Virus record (IMG/VR): IMGVR_UViG_3300015214_000032
Span: 6,280-70,279 of that record
Reading direction: 5' to 3' (one strand)
Source: a virus
Lineage: Duplodnaviria > Caudoviricetes
DNA length: 64,000 nt
This document shows positions 1 to 10,185 of this stretch, one piece after another (positions within the stretch are counted from its first letter, which is position 1; every line of letters starts with the position of its first letter). Both the position numbers and the translations under genes were made by a program. Below the pieces are notes generated by a model, which saw only the letters and a list, made by a program, of their open reading frames with translations, did no database searches and was not told where the DNA came from.

Positions 1-513
1 CCCAATGCCAATACCTACAACTCGCTTGAGATGGCGGATGAGTACCACAGGCAGTCGGGCAACGATGCGTGGTTCAATGGTACGGACAGCCCGTCGGATG
101 ACAAGCGCGCCAGTGCGCTCATTCGCGCTGCCATCATCCTGGACGGGACTTACAAGTCGCGCTGGCCGGGGCGCCGCACCCATGGTCGCAACCAGGGGCT
201 CGATTGGCCCCGCACGGGCGCTGCCGACGTGGATGGCAACGAGATCGCGGACGATGAGATTCCGCGGGAGATTCTTCAAGCGCAGAACGAGATGGCTCTG
301 CGGGAGTACACGAATCCCGGATCCCTCAATCCAGACGTGATTGAGACGTCCCGCGTGCTACGCGAGAAGGTGGGTGACCTTGAAGTGCAGTACGCGGATG
401 TTACCAAGATCGGTGGCAGCATCCCTCAACTGACGTTCGTCGACAACATCCTCGCTGGTCTGCTGTCCCCTGGGTCCACGAGCACTAGCACGTCGTTCTT
501 TTTGAGGGCATGA
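1..513 (+). CDS. Head-tail adaptor/connector (DnaT-like family), 5'-truncated by window edge
   Basis: Frame is open from base 1 (PNANTYNSLEMADEYH). W-x-G-x-R...Q-x-L-x-WPR and EKVG-x-LEV-x-Y motifs are typical of phage DnaT-like adaptors; precedes head-closure gene. Confidence 0.8.
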   Translation, partial: PNANTYNSLEMADEYHRQSGNDAWFNGTDSPSDDKRASALIRAAIILDGTYKSRWPGRRTHGRNQGLDWPRTGAADVDGNEIADDEIPREILQAQNEMALREYTNPGSLNPDVIETSRVLREKVGDLEVQYADVTKIGGSIPQLTFVDNILAGLLSPGSTSTSTSFFLRA

Positions 514-929
514 TGGCTGGATTTGATTATCAGAAGTCGCAGCGCACGGCGGAGAGGTTGATCCTCAAGTTCGGGCAGCCCCGTGTCATCCAGCTTGCGC
601 GATTCATCCCCGCCAGTGGGCCCGCAAGCAATCCGACGCCCCAAGGGCATGCGGCGCCCATTGATGTCAACGCCGTGGTGCTACCCGCGAGCAAGGGCAC
701 GATCGAGGCGTTCGACAACAGGCTTGAGGGGGGCACGCTGATCGATGAGAAGCTGCGCTATGTGATCATCTCACCCCTTGATCCGCATACGGGTGCAACC
801 ATTGCGCCGGATCCCAAGTCCCTGGACCATCTCCTGTTTGATGGCCACAAATGGGTGATCCTTGGTTGCACGCCGCTCAACCCGGGCGGGATCCCCGTGT
901 ACTTTCCCGTTGGCTGCAAGAGGGCGTAA
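510..929 (+). CDS. Head closure (head-tail joining) protein
   Basis: 139 aa, overlaps adaptor stop; A-x-RLI-x-KFG start and position in neck module. Confidence 0.65.
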   Translation: MMAGFDYQKSQRTAERLILKFGQPRVIQLARFIPASGPASNPTPQGHAAPIDVNAVVLPASKGTIEAFDNRLEGGTLIDEKLRYVIISPLDPHTGATIAPDPKSLDHLLFDGHKWVILGCTPLNPGGIPVYFPVGCKRA

Positions 930-1972
930 TGGCACGAACTCCGCGTCGAGTACAGCAGCGCAGGCGCATCAACGATCTTCTGGCGCCCTATAGCGATGCG
1001 TTCCAGAGCGCGTTCATGCGCGCGGTGGACGATCTGCGGGAGGGCGCCAACTACACGCAGATTCTGGCAGCGCTGGAAGCAGGGGACGTGGAAGCTGCTG
1101 TCGCGGCCGTGGGCATTGAACCTGCGGCCTTCACGGAACTGGACCTTACAGCACGTACGGCTTATAACGCAGGCGGTCAGCAAAGCGCCGCGGCCATGCG
1201 GGGTATCGAGGGCAATGTGCGCTTCGATGGCCGCGCGCCCCTTGCTGAAGCATGGATCACCCAGTACAGCAGTGAGCTGATCCAGGGCATTGTCCAGGAC
1301 CAGATCGAAATGGTGCGTCAACACATCACGGAGGGTCTGGCAGCGGGTAGGAATCCGCGGAGCATTGCCCTGGACCTCACTGGGCGCCTCAACCGAGCAA
1401 CGGGGCAGCGCGAGGGGGGCGTGCTGGGCCTGACGACCCAGCAGGATCAATGGCTGCTCAACATGCGCCGTGAACTGGAGTCCGGGGACCCAGCAGCGCT
1501 CAAGCATTACCTGACGCGCGAGTCGAGGAACAAGCGTTACGACAGGCAGATCCGCCGCTCCATGCAGGAGGGGCAACGCCTGAGTGATGAGCGCATCAGC
1601 ATCATGCTCCGTGATGCTGAGAATAAGATGCTGCGCCAGCGCGGGGAAACGATCGCGCGTACAGAGGTTATGAAGGCGCTTCACAAAGCGCAGGATGACC
1701 AGTTGCATCAGATGGTCGAGAAGGGTCTCGTGCGTCCTGAGCAGGTTCGACGTATCTGGCGTACGGCGCAGGATAACGATGTACGCCATTCACACGACGC
1801 GATGGAAGGGCAGTCCGTTGGTCTCAACGAGCCCTTCACTTCGGGCAACGGCAACCAGTTGATGTATCCGGGTGATCCCAATGCACCTGCGGAGGACGTG
1901 ATTAACTGCCGTTGTGACGTTGAAGTGCGTATCGACTTCCTGGCCAACATCCAGGGTGTGCGCCCCCGTTAA
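929..1972 (+). CDS. Head morphogenesis/minor head protein (SPP1 gp7 / Mu F-like)
   Basis: IARTE motif, W-x-TA-x-D-x-x-VR-x-SH, and C-terminal YPGDP...INCRC signature; ATG at 929 overlaps upstream TAA. Confidence 0.85.
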   Translation: MARTPRRVQQRRRINDLLAPYSDAFQSAFMRAVDDLREGANYTQILAALEAGDVEAAVAAVGIEPAAFTELDLTARTAYNAGGQQSAAAMRGIEGNVRFDGRAPLAEAWITQYSSELIQGIVQDQIEMVRQHITEGLAAGRNPRSIALDLTGRLNRATGQREGGVLGLTTQQDQWLLNMRRELESGDPAALKHYLTRESRNKRYDRQIRRSMQEGQRLSDERISIMLRDAENKMLRQRGETIARTEVMKALHKAQDDQLHQMVEKGLVRPEQVRRIWRTAQDNDVRHSHDAMEGQSVGLNEPFTSGNGNQLMYPGDPNAPAEDVINCRCDVEVRIDFLANIQGVRPR

Positions 1973-2032
1973 GATTAACAATTGCTTTATCAGATTCCCG
2001 GTCGTATTGTACGCCCAAGAAGAGGGTCTGAC

Positions 2033-2581
2033 ATGGCAAGCCGCTCATTCCGAATCAAGCAGTTGTGGACGCTGTCGCAGCAGCACAGGCGCCGCAAGCC
2101 CTCCCCCACCCCACCCTCTCCCCCGGATCCTGACGCACAGGAGCTGACGTTCACGGCGGGGTTGTCGGAATCGGGCACCATCGGTTACGTGTTCCATGAC
2201 CTTGGTACGTTGATCAGCAACTTCGAAGACACGCCCGCGCTGATTTGCATCAACAACGTGACTGCGCCCCATACGCAGAAGATCGGTTTCAATGGCATCG
2301 GCAACCTGCCCCAGCTCGTTGATGCGGAGTTCGAGATTCCGGGTCTTGGTACGCTTCGCGCACAGGACGCGAACCTGTACACGGAATCGAACTACTTCGA
2401 GTTCCAATGGGGCGTGGGTAGCAATCCCTTTGCGGACGGGGAAACAATCACTGTTCTCATGCGTACCGATGAACCGTTCATGGCGCATGCACTCAACCTG
2501 TCCGGCGACGGCTTCCCCGATGTGGAGGGCTTGTCTGGAGAAGTCGGATACATCGCTCTTTCAGGAGACGCAAGGACATGA
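2033..2581 (+). CDS. Putative virion-associated protein
   Basis: ATG after GAGGG; Pro-rich linker then beta-rich domain; coupled to collagen-like gene. Confidence 0.5.
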   Translation: MASRSFRIKQLWTLSQQHRRRKPSPTPPSPPDPDAQELTFTAGLSESGTIGYVFHDLGTLISNFEDTPALICINNVTAPHTQKIGFNGIGNLPQLVDAEFEIPGLGTLRAQDANLYTESNYFEFQWGVGSNPFADGETITVLMRTDEPFMAHALNLSGDGFPDVEGLSGEVGYIALSGDART

Positions 2582-3327
2582 GCACTCCCAAGGAAATCCC
2601 CGCCCTCACCGAAGCTGATGCACTGACGGGGAGCGAGCAGTTCCATGTCGTGCAGGGGGGTAACTCACGCCGCGTGACGCTTGGCGAGTTTGCCGGACTC
2701 GTGCCCGAGGGACCAGAGGGCCCGGAAGGTCCTCAGGGACAGCAAGGCCCGAAAGGTGACAAGGGCGACAAGGGCGACAAGGGCGACAAGGGCGATCAAG
2801 GAGATCCCGGCGCACAGGGTGTTCGTGGGCCGCAGGGAGCCGGCCTGATTCCCGACGCTTACGGCATCCTCGACGAGGCCAAGGTCACGGCAGTCGAGAC
2901 GGCGGCGGTCGATTACGTCTACGTTGTCGATCCTTCCGGCGACCAGCGCGTGGACCAGAACATGCCTGCCGGCATCGCTGGCGATATGTCGCTGCATATC
3001 ATCCGATACGACGCCACCCTCGACGAGTGGCGTGATTTCGGTCAGTTCACCGGTGTTCAAGGCCCGGAAGGCGCGCAGGGTATTCAGGGTCCGCGCGGCG
3101 AGAAGGGGGACAAGGGTGATCCTGGTGATCCAGGCCCGAAAGGCGATCAGGGAGACGAGGGTCCGCGGGGTCCACAGGGCAACGCGGGGGCGAAAGGCGA
3201 CAAAGGGGACAAGGGTGATCCGGGAATTGCCACCGACGGCATCGATGCCATCAGTCGACTGACGCAAGCGCAGTACGACGCACTGCCCAGCAAGTCGCCC
3301 ACGACCCTTTACCTGATCGTGGGTTGA
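2578..3327 (+). CDS. Collagen-like (Gly-X-Y) fibre protein
   Basis: Two GXY tracts (GPEGPQGQQGPKGDKGDKGDK...; GPRGEKGDKGDPGDPG...) and C-terminal TQAQYDAL...TLYLI motif of phage minor tail/fibre proteins. Confidence 0.85.
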   Translation: MSTPKEIPALTEADALTGSEQFHVVQGGNSRRVTLGEFAGLVPEGPEGPEGPQGQQGPKGDKGDKGDKGDKGDQGDPGAQGVRGPQGAGLIPDAYGILDEAKVTAVETAAVDYVYVVDPSGDQRVDQNMPAGIAGDMSLHIIRYDATLDEWRDFGQFTGVQGPEGAQGIQGPRGEKGDKGDPGDPGPKGDQGDEGPRGPQGNAGAKGDKGDKGDPGIATDGIDAISRLTQAQYDALPSKSPTTLYLIVG

Positions 3328-3331
3328 TCAA

Positions 3332-4420
3332 ATGGCTTCCTTCGTTCGTCGATCCAACCCTGCGTCATTGCCCGGCAGCACTGTGCTTGCCGTGAGTGCC
3401 ACCGCTAACTTGTTTGCTACGGCTAACCAAAACATCCCATACTTCTCGGTATATCGCAAGGCGGGATCTGTTCAGTTTGCCAACAATCCGTCAGCTGGTG
3501 CAAACCCTGGTACCGCCGTTGCCATTCACCCTAATGAGAAGTTGCTTTTCCTCGGACAATCAGGCAATCCGGGGCAAGTGGTTCATCGTATCAACGAGAA
3601 CGAGACATTCACCCAACTTGCCAATCTGCCGAGCTTCGATGGACGAACCGTCGCGGCGGCGTTTTCGGCGGATGGTACGATGCTGGCGATTGCGCACGAG
3701 CGTTCGCCGTTCCTGACGTGCTATTCTGTGGATGCCGAGAATGAGACGTTCACCCGCATTCCGAACCCGGCGACGCTGCCAACAGCGTTGGCGCGAGGGG
3801 TGGCGGTTTCTGATGACGGAAGTCTTGTCGCCATCGCGTTCAACGCTTCGCCTTTCTTCGCCGTCTACTCATTCGACGGGTCCACGCTGACGAAGCTGCC
3901 GAACCCTGCGGTTCTCCCGCCGAACATTGCCTTCGGGGTGGACATTTCGCCGGATGACAAATTTGTTGCAGTTGCTAACATTTCGACTGCGCCATATTTC
4001 TCCCTCTACGAGATCGACAACGGAACTTTGGTTAAGGTTTCTGATACCCCGGCTTTTTCTGGCAATGGTTTTTCTGCTCGGTTCGATCCTGTCGAAGACG
4101 GGATAGTCACGGCGCACAACACGGTAGGGGTTTATCGTCACTGGCTCGTCGGCGAAGATGGGGCAATGACAGAGCAGGACCCGCTGCCCAATCAACCTTC
4201 CATCGCCACGACAAGCGGCGCAATGCAATTTTCATTCGATGGCGACTTGCTCGTTATCGGATTTTCGACCTCGCCTTTTGTCGCTATCTATGACGTGATC
4301 CGGGATGTGCCGGGCGAGACGAAGACGTTTATGGGCGAGGACGCCGTCGACGCAATCTATCATGGGTCTGATGAAGTGACGCGCGCCTATGTGGGCAGTG
4401 CGCTCATCCTTGGCGACTAG
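3332..4420 (+). CDS. Beta-propeller (WD40/lactonase-like) protein, candidate receptor-binding/adhesion protein
   Basis: About 45-aa repeats of the form FT-x-LPNP-x-x-LP...VAFS-x-DG-x-x-LA-x-x-x-x-x-SPF-x-x-x-Y. Confidence 0.7.
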   Translation: MASFVRRSNPASLPGSTVLAVSATANLFATANQNIPYFSVYRKAGSVQFANNPSAGANPGTAVAIHPNEKLLFLGQSGNPGQVVHRINENETFTQLANLPSFDGRTVAAAFSADGTMLAIAHERSPFLTCYSVDAENETFTRIPNPATLPTALARGVAVSDDGSLVAIAFNASPFFAVYSFDGSTLTKLPNPAVLPPNIAFGVDISPDDKFVAVANISTAPYFSLYEIDNGTLVKVSDTPAFSGNGFSARFDPVEDGIVTAHNTVGVYRHWLVGEDGAMTEQDPLPNQPSIATTSGAMQFSFDGDLLVIGFSTSPFVAIYDVIRDVPGETKTFMGEDAVDAIYHGSDEVTRAYVGSALILGD

Positions 4421-4428
4421 GTCATCAG

Positions 4429-4929
4429 ATGGCGAAGAAGTATGAGAAGGGTCGCTTCTTCGCTCAGGTAGACGAGTGGTGCACGCAAGCAGAGGATCGA
4501 CTCCTCTGGATCTTCATGGAAGCCGTGCAACGCGTCATTTCCAAGATGCAGGAAGTGGGTCCCTCCAAAGCGCGAGGAGGACAGGGCACGGGGCACATGC
4601 CCGTTGATACAGGCTATTTGCGCTCCTCCCTTGTCGTGCAGCTCAACAACTTGTCAGCAACCAAGACCGTGAAGCCAAAGGACGTGCAAGCCTTCGCGTA
4701 CGATGATTCACAAGTATCTATGGTAATAGTGGCTGCGAAGCTTGGAGATTCCATTTACGCCGCATATACTGCGGCCTATGCCAGACGATTGGAATACGGA
4801 TTTTCCGGAACAGATTCAGCTGGCAGAACAGTCAATCAGGAGGGATATGCATTCGTCCGACTGGCTGTACAGCAGTGGCAGAGCATCGTGAATGAGGTAG
4901 TGGCGGAAGCCAAGTCGAGATCAGCATGA
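4429..4929 (+). CDS. Neck/tail-completion protein (HK97 gp10-like)
   Basis: PVDTGYLRSS and YA-x-RLEYG motifs. Confidence 0.8.
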   Translation: MAKKYEKGRFFAQVDEWCTQAEDRLLWIFMEAVQRVISKMQEVGPSKARGGQGTGHMPVDTGYLRSSLVVQLNNLSATKTVKPKDVQAFAYDDSQVSMVIVAAKLGDSIYAAYTAAYARRLEYGFSGTDSAGRTVNQEGYAFVRLAVQQWQSIVNEVVAEAKSRSA

Positions 4930-5351
4930 GCAACGTGGAAATCGAAAAAGCACTGATCAAGCACCTGGAGGAGCGTCAGCCGTTCTCTCCGCGCTTGACT
5001 GTGGTTGGCCCGTTGCAAGCGTACTCGCCCGCAGACCAGGAAACCTATCTGCGCACTTCCTACTTCCCGAACATGACTCGTACACGCTCCAGCGCCAAAG
5101 GCGGTCCAGTGCAGTACACGGGGGTCTTTCAGGTCCTTGTGGTTGGCCCCGCGACGGGGTCCTCTTTCGAGCTCAAGGAAATTGCCGGAGTGATCGCCGA
5201 AGAGCTCTTTCATCAGGGTGCCGTTGTGATAACGGAATCCGGTAGGAAGGTCAAGATCTACGACGAAGCGTGGGTCGCGGGTTTCCTGTCCGATCCTGTT
5301 TCCCCTGCGGTACCCGTCAGCGTTCCGTACAGTTCGGTTCGCTTGTCTTAA
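4926..5351 (+). CDS. Tail terminator protein
   Basis: Size and position between neck and tail tube; Y-x-GVFQV motif. Confidence 0.7.
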   Translation: MSNVEIEKALIKHLEERQPFSPRLTVVGPLQAYSPADQETYLRTSYFPNMTRTRSSAKGGPVQYTGVFQVLVVGPATGSSFELKEIAGVIAEELFHQGAVVITESGRKVKIYDEAWVAGFLSDPVSPAVPVSVPYSSVRLS

Positions 5352-5372
5352 TTTGGGAGATGGAGATCTACC

Positions 5373-5870
5373 ATGGCTGATACAGTAGCAGGTTCCACGC
5401 TGTGGATCGCGGGCACTGAGCCCATCGATTTCAGCACGGACGAAACGGCTCTCGCGGATTTCGAGGGTCTTTCCTATACCGAGATCAAGGGACTTTCGAA
5501 CATCGGGGAGTTCGGCGCCTCGTCGAACATTCTCACGTTCCCCCTCATTTCGGACGAGTACGTCGACAAGTCCAAGGGCACGCGCAACGCGGGTGACCCG
5601 GCGATCGTCGCTGCTCGCATGCCCCGTGACCCGGGGCAAATCGCCGTTCGCGCGGCCGAGAAGACGAAGTACAAGTTCAACTTCAAGCTCGTCGACGCGG
5701 ACGCGGAATCGGAACTGCACACCAACACGGTGACGTATTTCCGAGCACTGGTTGCGGGTATCCCGAACCAGCGTGGCGGCAATGAAGACTTCGTCACGGA
5801 GACGTATGCCCTGGGCATCTATCCGCGACCGATCATCGTCTTCAGCCACATCCCCTCGTCGGCGCCGTAA
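5373..5870 (+). CDS. Major tail tube protein
   Basis: EIKGLSNIGEFG...K-x-KGTRNAG motif; GGAG RBS; position before chaperone and tape measure. Confidence 0.85.
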   Translation: MADTVAGSTLWIAGTEPIDFSTDETALADFEGLSYTEIKGLSNIGEFGASSNILTFPLISDEYVDKSKGTRNAGDPAIVAARMPRDPGQIAVRAAEKTKYKFNFKLVDADAESELHTNTVTYFRALVAGIPNQRGGNEDFVTETYALGIYPRPIIVFSHIPSSAP

Positions 5871-5879
5871 GGCGCCGAC
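5858..5879 (+). terminator. 9-bp stem-loop with GTAA tetraloop over the tail-tube stop codon (attenuator/stabiliser, no U-tract)
   Basis: GTCGGCGCC-GTAA-GGCGCCGAC seen directly. Confidence 0.5.
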
Positions 5880-5909
5880 TACCCTTAAACCGGAGAAGGA
5901 GTACGAAGG

Positions 5910-6338
5910 ATGGATCTCTCTGAGTTCCAGGTAGTAAGTGACAAGCCGATCTTCTTTCAGCTGACGCACCCGCACACGCGCAAGCTGATGGAAGACGAGA
6001 ACGGTCCCGTGGGCGTAGAGATTTGGGGCCGGGACAGCGAAGCGTTCAAGGCCGTCAACAGGCGTGCGATCAGCGACAGCATCGAGAACGCGATTCAGTC
6101 GGGCGACACGAAGCCTGCCCTGTCGGCAAGCCTGGGATCCGCGGTCGAGGAGAAGGGGTCGGAAATCCTGCGAGCCTGCATCCACAAGTTCGTCAACATC
6201 AAGATTGCGGGTAAGGAGCTCGTCGCGCCCGACGATACCCAGGAATTCCTGGACAAGCTTCCCTGGGCCCGTGATCAGGTGGATGCTGCGATCGCGGATC
6301 GCAAGCGTTTTATGAAGGCCTCGCAGAAGGACTCTTAA
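5910..6338 (+). CDS. Tail assembly chaperone (gpG-like)
   Basis: Between tube and tape measure; ends ...AAIADRKRFMKASQKDS. Confidence 0.8.
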   Translation: MDLSEFQVVSDKPIFFQLTHPHTRKLMEDENGPVGVEIWGRDSEAFKAVNRRAISDSIENAIQSGDTKPALSASLGSAVEEKGSEILRACIHKFVNIKIAGKELVAPDDTQEFLDKLPWARDQVDAAIADRKRFMKASQKDS

Positions 6339-6727
6339 GCTTCAGCGAGGCCATATTCGACGGGGATAAGGTCCCGTTGTCGAAGCTGCCCAGGGCGTTG
6401 CACCACGTCTGGAAATGGTTCTGGGAAGTGTACGACTTCAGGGCGGGGGGCCCCGGCAACCCCGCCTATTTGACGTATCAGGAGATCAACGCGTTCAATG
6501 AGTGCTACGATTTGAATATGAGTCATTGGGAGAAATCCCTTCTTCGACAGATCAGTGTTCGTTTCGTTCGCAGTGTCGAAAAGAAGCGCAAGACTGAGCA
6601 GGACAAGACGGCAAGTATCCCGCCCGGAGTGACTAATCTGAGGCCCATGACAGACTCTGCTGGCATCCGTTCTATCTTTGCCAACAAGGGGATGACAGCA
6701 CCGATAAGGAAGCCCGGCAATGGCTGA
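6306..6727 (+). CDS. Tail assembly chaperone C-terminal extension (gpT-like), -1 frame
   Basis: The -1 frame is open from about 6273 to 6727, has no ATG start (the track uses TTG 6377), and overlaps CGT TTT ATG at 6306-6314. Confidence 0.7.
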
Positions 6728-9128
6728 TATGGCAGAACTTGGTCTTGTCGCATACAGCGAGGGCGTTGTCAGCGCGACAGAGGACCTCAAAGCATTCCGG
6801 GAGGAAGCGCGGGAAGTCGACAATACCGCAGGCGAGATGGTGGATGCGATCCAGGAGATCGATGACGCCCTCGAGAAAGTGGAGACTGCCACCAAGCTCG
6901 CTGCGGAAGAGTTCGAACGCACGTCATCTGAAGTATCTGACTTCGCCAACGAGCTTGACGCTGCTGAGCAGGCGGCGGAGGACACTGCGGACGCGATTGA
7001 CGACGCTGCATCCGCGACTGATGAGTTGGCGGACTCGCTTGCAGGCGCGTCGGGAAAGTTCAAGGACGTCATCGACGATCTGAAGCACGAATACGACCTC
7101 ATTGGCAAGACTGCCAAGGAGAAGCGCGTCATGAACGAACTGCGCAAGGCAGGCGTCCCTGCCGCCAGCGCGGAAGGGGAAGCGATCAAGAAAGCTGTCG
7201 ATGCCATCGAGCGCGAGAACAAGGCGCTTGAGCGTGCGGAAGCGATCAAGAAACGTGTGCGCGTTGCTACGATGGCGCTTGCCGCAGCTATCACCACTGG
7301 GCTCGTCGTGGGTATCGGTGACTCCGTCAATCGACTGGAAAACGAGCGCGTGCTCCTGAACAGGTACACGCAAGCGCTCGCCACGATGGGCTCGGAGACC
7401 GCGTATACGGCCGATAAGTTCAAGAAAATGGCGGATGACATCGAGATGGCAACGGGGCGCCTCTCGACGGAAATCCTGGAGCTGGGCGCCAACGCTGCAT
7501 CGTTTGGTTTCGACGATACAGTGTTTGAGCGTGCCATCCGCCTTGCCAACGATATGGCTGCGGCGTGGGGCGGCGACCTGCGCATGAACTTTGAGGGCCT
7601 TGCGCGTGCCCTGGATGACCCGATTAAGGGCTTCGCGATGCTGCGCATGCGGGGCATTAGCCTCACTGAGACGCAGGCGGACATGGTGAAGAAGCTCGTC
7701 GATACGAATCGAGAGCTTGAGGCGCAGTCCTACATCATGAAGATCCTCGAGCAGCAGGTGGGCGGCGTTGCTGCTGCTGGTTTCGACGGGCTCACTGCTG
7801 CATGGCATCGACTCACCAAAGCGTCACAACTGTTCTTCGACGGCATCGTCCAGGGGACAGGACTGATGACTGGCCTTCAGATTGTTCTGAACGCCGTCAC
7901 TGCTGCTATCACCTGGATGACGGACAACATGGCAGCATCGGTGCCGATCATCACCGCGACGGGTATTGCGCTGGCAGCCGTGTTTGGCCCGTCAATCGTT
8001 GCGGGTATCCAGCTCGTTGCTACGTGGATCGGCACTCAGCTTGTGCGTTCTGTGCTTGCCTTCAACGCTGCATTGCTTGCGAACCCGCTCGCCATCTTTA
8101 CGGCCGCGGTCATTGGCGTAATGGCCTATCTCATTGACTGGCAGGACACGATTGCTGGACTGATCCAGATTTGGGGCGCGTTCACGTACGCATGGTATAA
8201 GTTCTGGGGCGACGAGGAGGGCATGAAGCGATCCGTTGAGATCGTTCTGAACGCCGAGAAAGCTGCTGCCGATCTGCTCAAGGCGGGCGAAGAGCTCAAG
8301 AACAAGATCAATCTTGCTGGTTTGAAGATGGGCGGAGACATCGAGGGCGCTGGCGGTAAGGCTGGCAACTCGATGAAGAATGGTATCGAGCAGGGCGCCA
8401 AGTCTGCTGCTCAAATGCTCCAGGACAGTGCTCAGGCTGCCGTGGCACAGTACGAGGAGATGAACGGAAAGCTGTCTGAGATCATCGTCAAGAGCCACAA
8501 GACGGGTGCTGAGTACATCTACAACGCGTACACGGGCGCCGTGAAGCAGGCCACGACCACTGCGACGCAAACCATTAAGCAGGGTGTGGAGTCCGGCGGT
8601 GAGACGGCAGGCGAATCGATGAAGAGTTCCATCGTCGCAGGCGGTCAAGCTGCTGGCGCCACGATCTACAACTCTGTCGAGAGCGCGTTCGCGTCCCTTG
8701 CCCATTTGAGCGAAGTCTTTGCAGCGTTCTATCGTCGAGAGCGCATGGAGCTCAAGAAGATCCAGGCGGAGACGGCCAAGGAGTTCGCAGACGCGGAGAA
8801 GGCACTCGCGGAAGCTGAGCTTGCACGAAAGCAAGCATCCCGGGGTGATTTCGGTGGGTCCGGTGGGTCCGGAGGTGGTTCCGGTCGAAGTGGTGGGGGC
8901 GGAACGACTGGAGGCAATTTTGACGGATGGAACGATCCATTCTTCAAGCCCACGGATGATAACTCGCAACCGGGTCAGAAGACCACTACCACGACAACGG
9001 AGATCAAGAACGTTGTCGATCCGAATATGATGGTTGACGTTATGGATACCGCGCAGGGCCATAATGCAATCATCAATGTGATCAAGTACAATCGCGAAGA
9101 ACTTCGCGCGCTTCTTGGGAGCACCTGA
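6720..9128 (+). CDS. Tape measure protein
   Basis: 802 aa, Ala-rich helical with central hydrophobic segments, after chaperones. Confidence 0.9.
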   Translation: MADMAELGLVAYSEGVVSATEDLKAFREEAREVDNTAGEMVDAIQEIDDALEKVETATKLAAEEFERTSSEVSDFANELDAAEQAAEDTADAIDDAASATDELADSLAGASGKFKDVIDDLKHEYDLIGKTAKEKRVMNELRKAGVPAASAEGEAIKKAVDAIERENKALERAEAIKKRVRVATMALAAAITTGLVVGIGDSVNRLENERVLLNRYTQALATMGSETAYTADKFKKMADDIEMATGRLSTEILELGANAASFGFDDTVFERAIRLANDMAAAWGGDLRMNFEGLARALDDPIKGFAMLRMRGISLTETQADMVKKLVDTNRELEAQSYIMKILEQQVGGVAAAGFDGLTAAWHRLTKASQLFFDGIVQGTGLMTGLQIVLNAVTAAITWMTDNMAASVPIITATGIALAAVFGPSIVAGIQLVATWIGTQLVRSVLAFNAALLANPLAIFTAAVIGVMAYLIDWQDTIAGLIQIWGAFTYAWYKFWGDEEGMKRSVEIVLNAEKAAADLLKAGEELKNKINLAGLKMGGDIEGAGGKAGNSMKNGIEQGAKSAAQMLQDSAQAAVAQYEEMNGKLSEIIVKSHKTGAEYIYNAYTGAVKQATTTATQTIKQGVESGGETAGESMKSSIVAGGQAAGATIYNSVESAFASLAHLSEVFAAFYRRERMELKKIQAETAKEFADAEKALAEAELARKQASRGDFGGSGGSGGGSGRSGGGGTTGGNFDGWNDPFFKPTDDNSQPGQKTTTTTTEIKNVVDPNMMVDVMDTAQGHNAIINVIKYNREELRALLGST

Positions 9129-9129
9129 C

Positions 9130-10179
9130 ATGGCCCTTCTTTTTGCGGACAGCTTTGAACATTACGGCACGAGCACTGCTGCCCGTGCGAACATGACCGC
9201 GGGTATGTATTCTGCGGTCGCGAGTTCGTCGCAGATCGTCAACAACCCGGCTGTCGCAAGGACGGGCAATCGTTACTACACTGATTATCAGGCAGGTGGA
9301 ACTGTTCTTCGTTATCCTACGGATTCTAACGAGGTGGGTGCAGCGGTTGGTATCTTTCTTCCTCAAATGCCCGGTACCATTGCAGCACGTTGCGGGTTTG
9401 CCATTCTGGATGAGATTCAGGACACGATAATCAACGTGGCTATTCAACCCAATGGGTCGGTGACGATTGAGCGCACCAACAACTCCGCCTCTGTTATCGG
9501 ACAAACGGATTCCGGCTTGATCACCACGGGCGCGTGGCATCATTTCGAAGTGCGGGTGCTCCAGGATAATGTGGTCGGTGAAGTGGAACTCCGCATCAAC
9601 GGCGTGCTGGAGCTCATCGTCAGCAATGTTGATCTCGGTACTGTGTTGCCGCGTTTCTGGCGCACATGGGGAGGGAGCGCGGTCGGGTCCGTGGATCGAC
9701 ATTTCGATGATTTGATCTTGTGGGACACTAAAGGAGATGTCAACAACTCATTCTTCGGTCCTGCCCGGTGTATCCCGAACACCTTGGCGAGCGACGTTGC
9801 CGGCGGCCAATGGAGTGTGGTCGGCGCTGCCTCGGGTGCGGCGGCTGTCACTGAGGGCGCTCCCAATGCGGATACTTCCTATGTGACCGCCGCTGCGCCT
9901 GGCAACATTTCGGATTACAACTTTTCCGAGTTGCCTCCGGAGGCAGAAGCCATCGCTGGCATTTGTGTCATCGGGATGGCGAAGCTCGCGGCGGGGGGCC
10001 TCGGCAATGCTCAGATCTCGATTGTGTCGGATGAAGAAGTCGCGGAGGGAGAAGACAACGTCTTGACATCGGCATATACATACCGCGCTGACATTTTCGA
10101 GAAGGACCCGGCGACAGGACAACTGTGGACGAAATCAGCATTCGAGGCTGCAACGTTGCGCCTCGAGAAGACGGCATAA
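9130..10179 (+). CDS. Tail structural protein (lectin/ConA-like beta-sandwich)
   Basis: MALLFADSFEHYG start, W-H-H-FEV...LRING and DDL-x-x-WD motifs; immediately after tape measure. Confidence 0.65.
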   Translation: MALLFADSFEHYGTSTAARANMTAGMYSAVASSSQIVNNPAVARTGNRYYTDYQAGGTVLRYPTDSNEVGAAVGIFLPQMPGTIAARCGFAILDEIQDTIINVAIQPNGSVTIERTNNSASVIGQTDSGLITTGAWHHFEVRVLQDNVVGEVELRINGVLELIVSNVDLGTVLPRFWRTWGGSAVGSVDRHFDDLILWDTKGDVNNSFFGPARCIPNTLASDVAGGQWSVVGAASGAAAVTEGAPNADTSYVTAAAPGNISDYNFSELPPEAEAIAGICVIGMAKLAAGGLGNAQISIVSDEEVAEGEDNVLTSAYTYRADIFEKDPATGQLWTKSAFEAATLRLEKTA

Positions 10180-10185
10180 GTTGAG

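Noticed and set aside
2755-2795. 9-bp tandem repeat (AAGGGCGAC)n as a VNTR or regulatory array
   Set aside because: It simply encodes the Gly-Asp-Lys collagen triplets of the fibre gene.
4836-9131. Long antisense ORFs (4836-6185, 6335-7684, 7992-9131; also 12345-13364, 29232-30716, 34356-35273)
   Set aside because: These are shadow ORFs of GC3-biased sense genes, with no RBS, no motifs and low-complexity Arg/Ala-rich translations.
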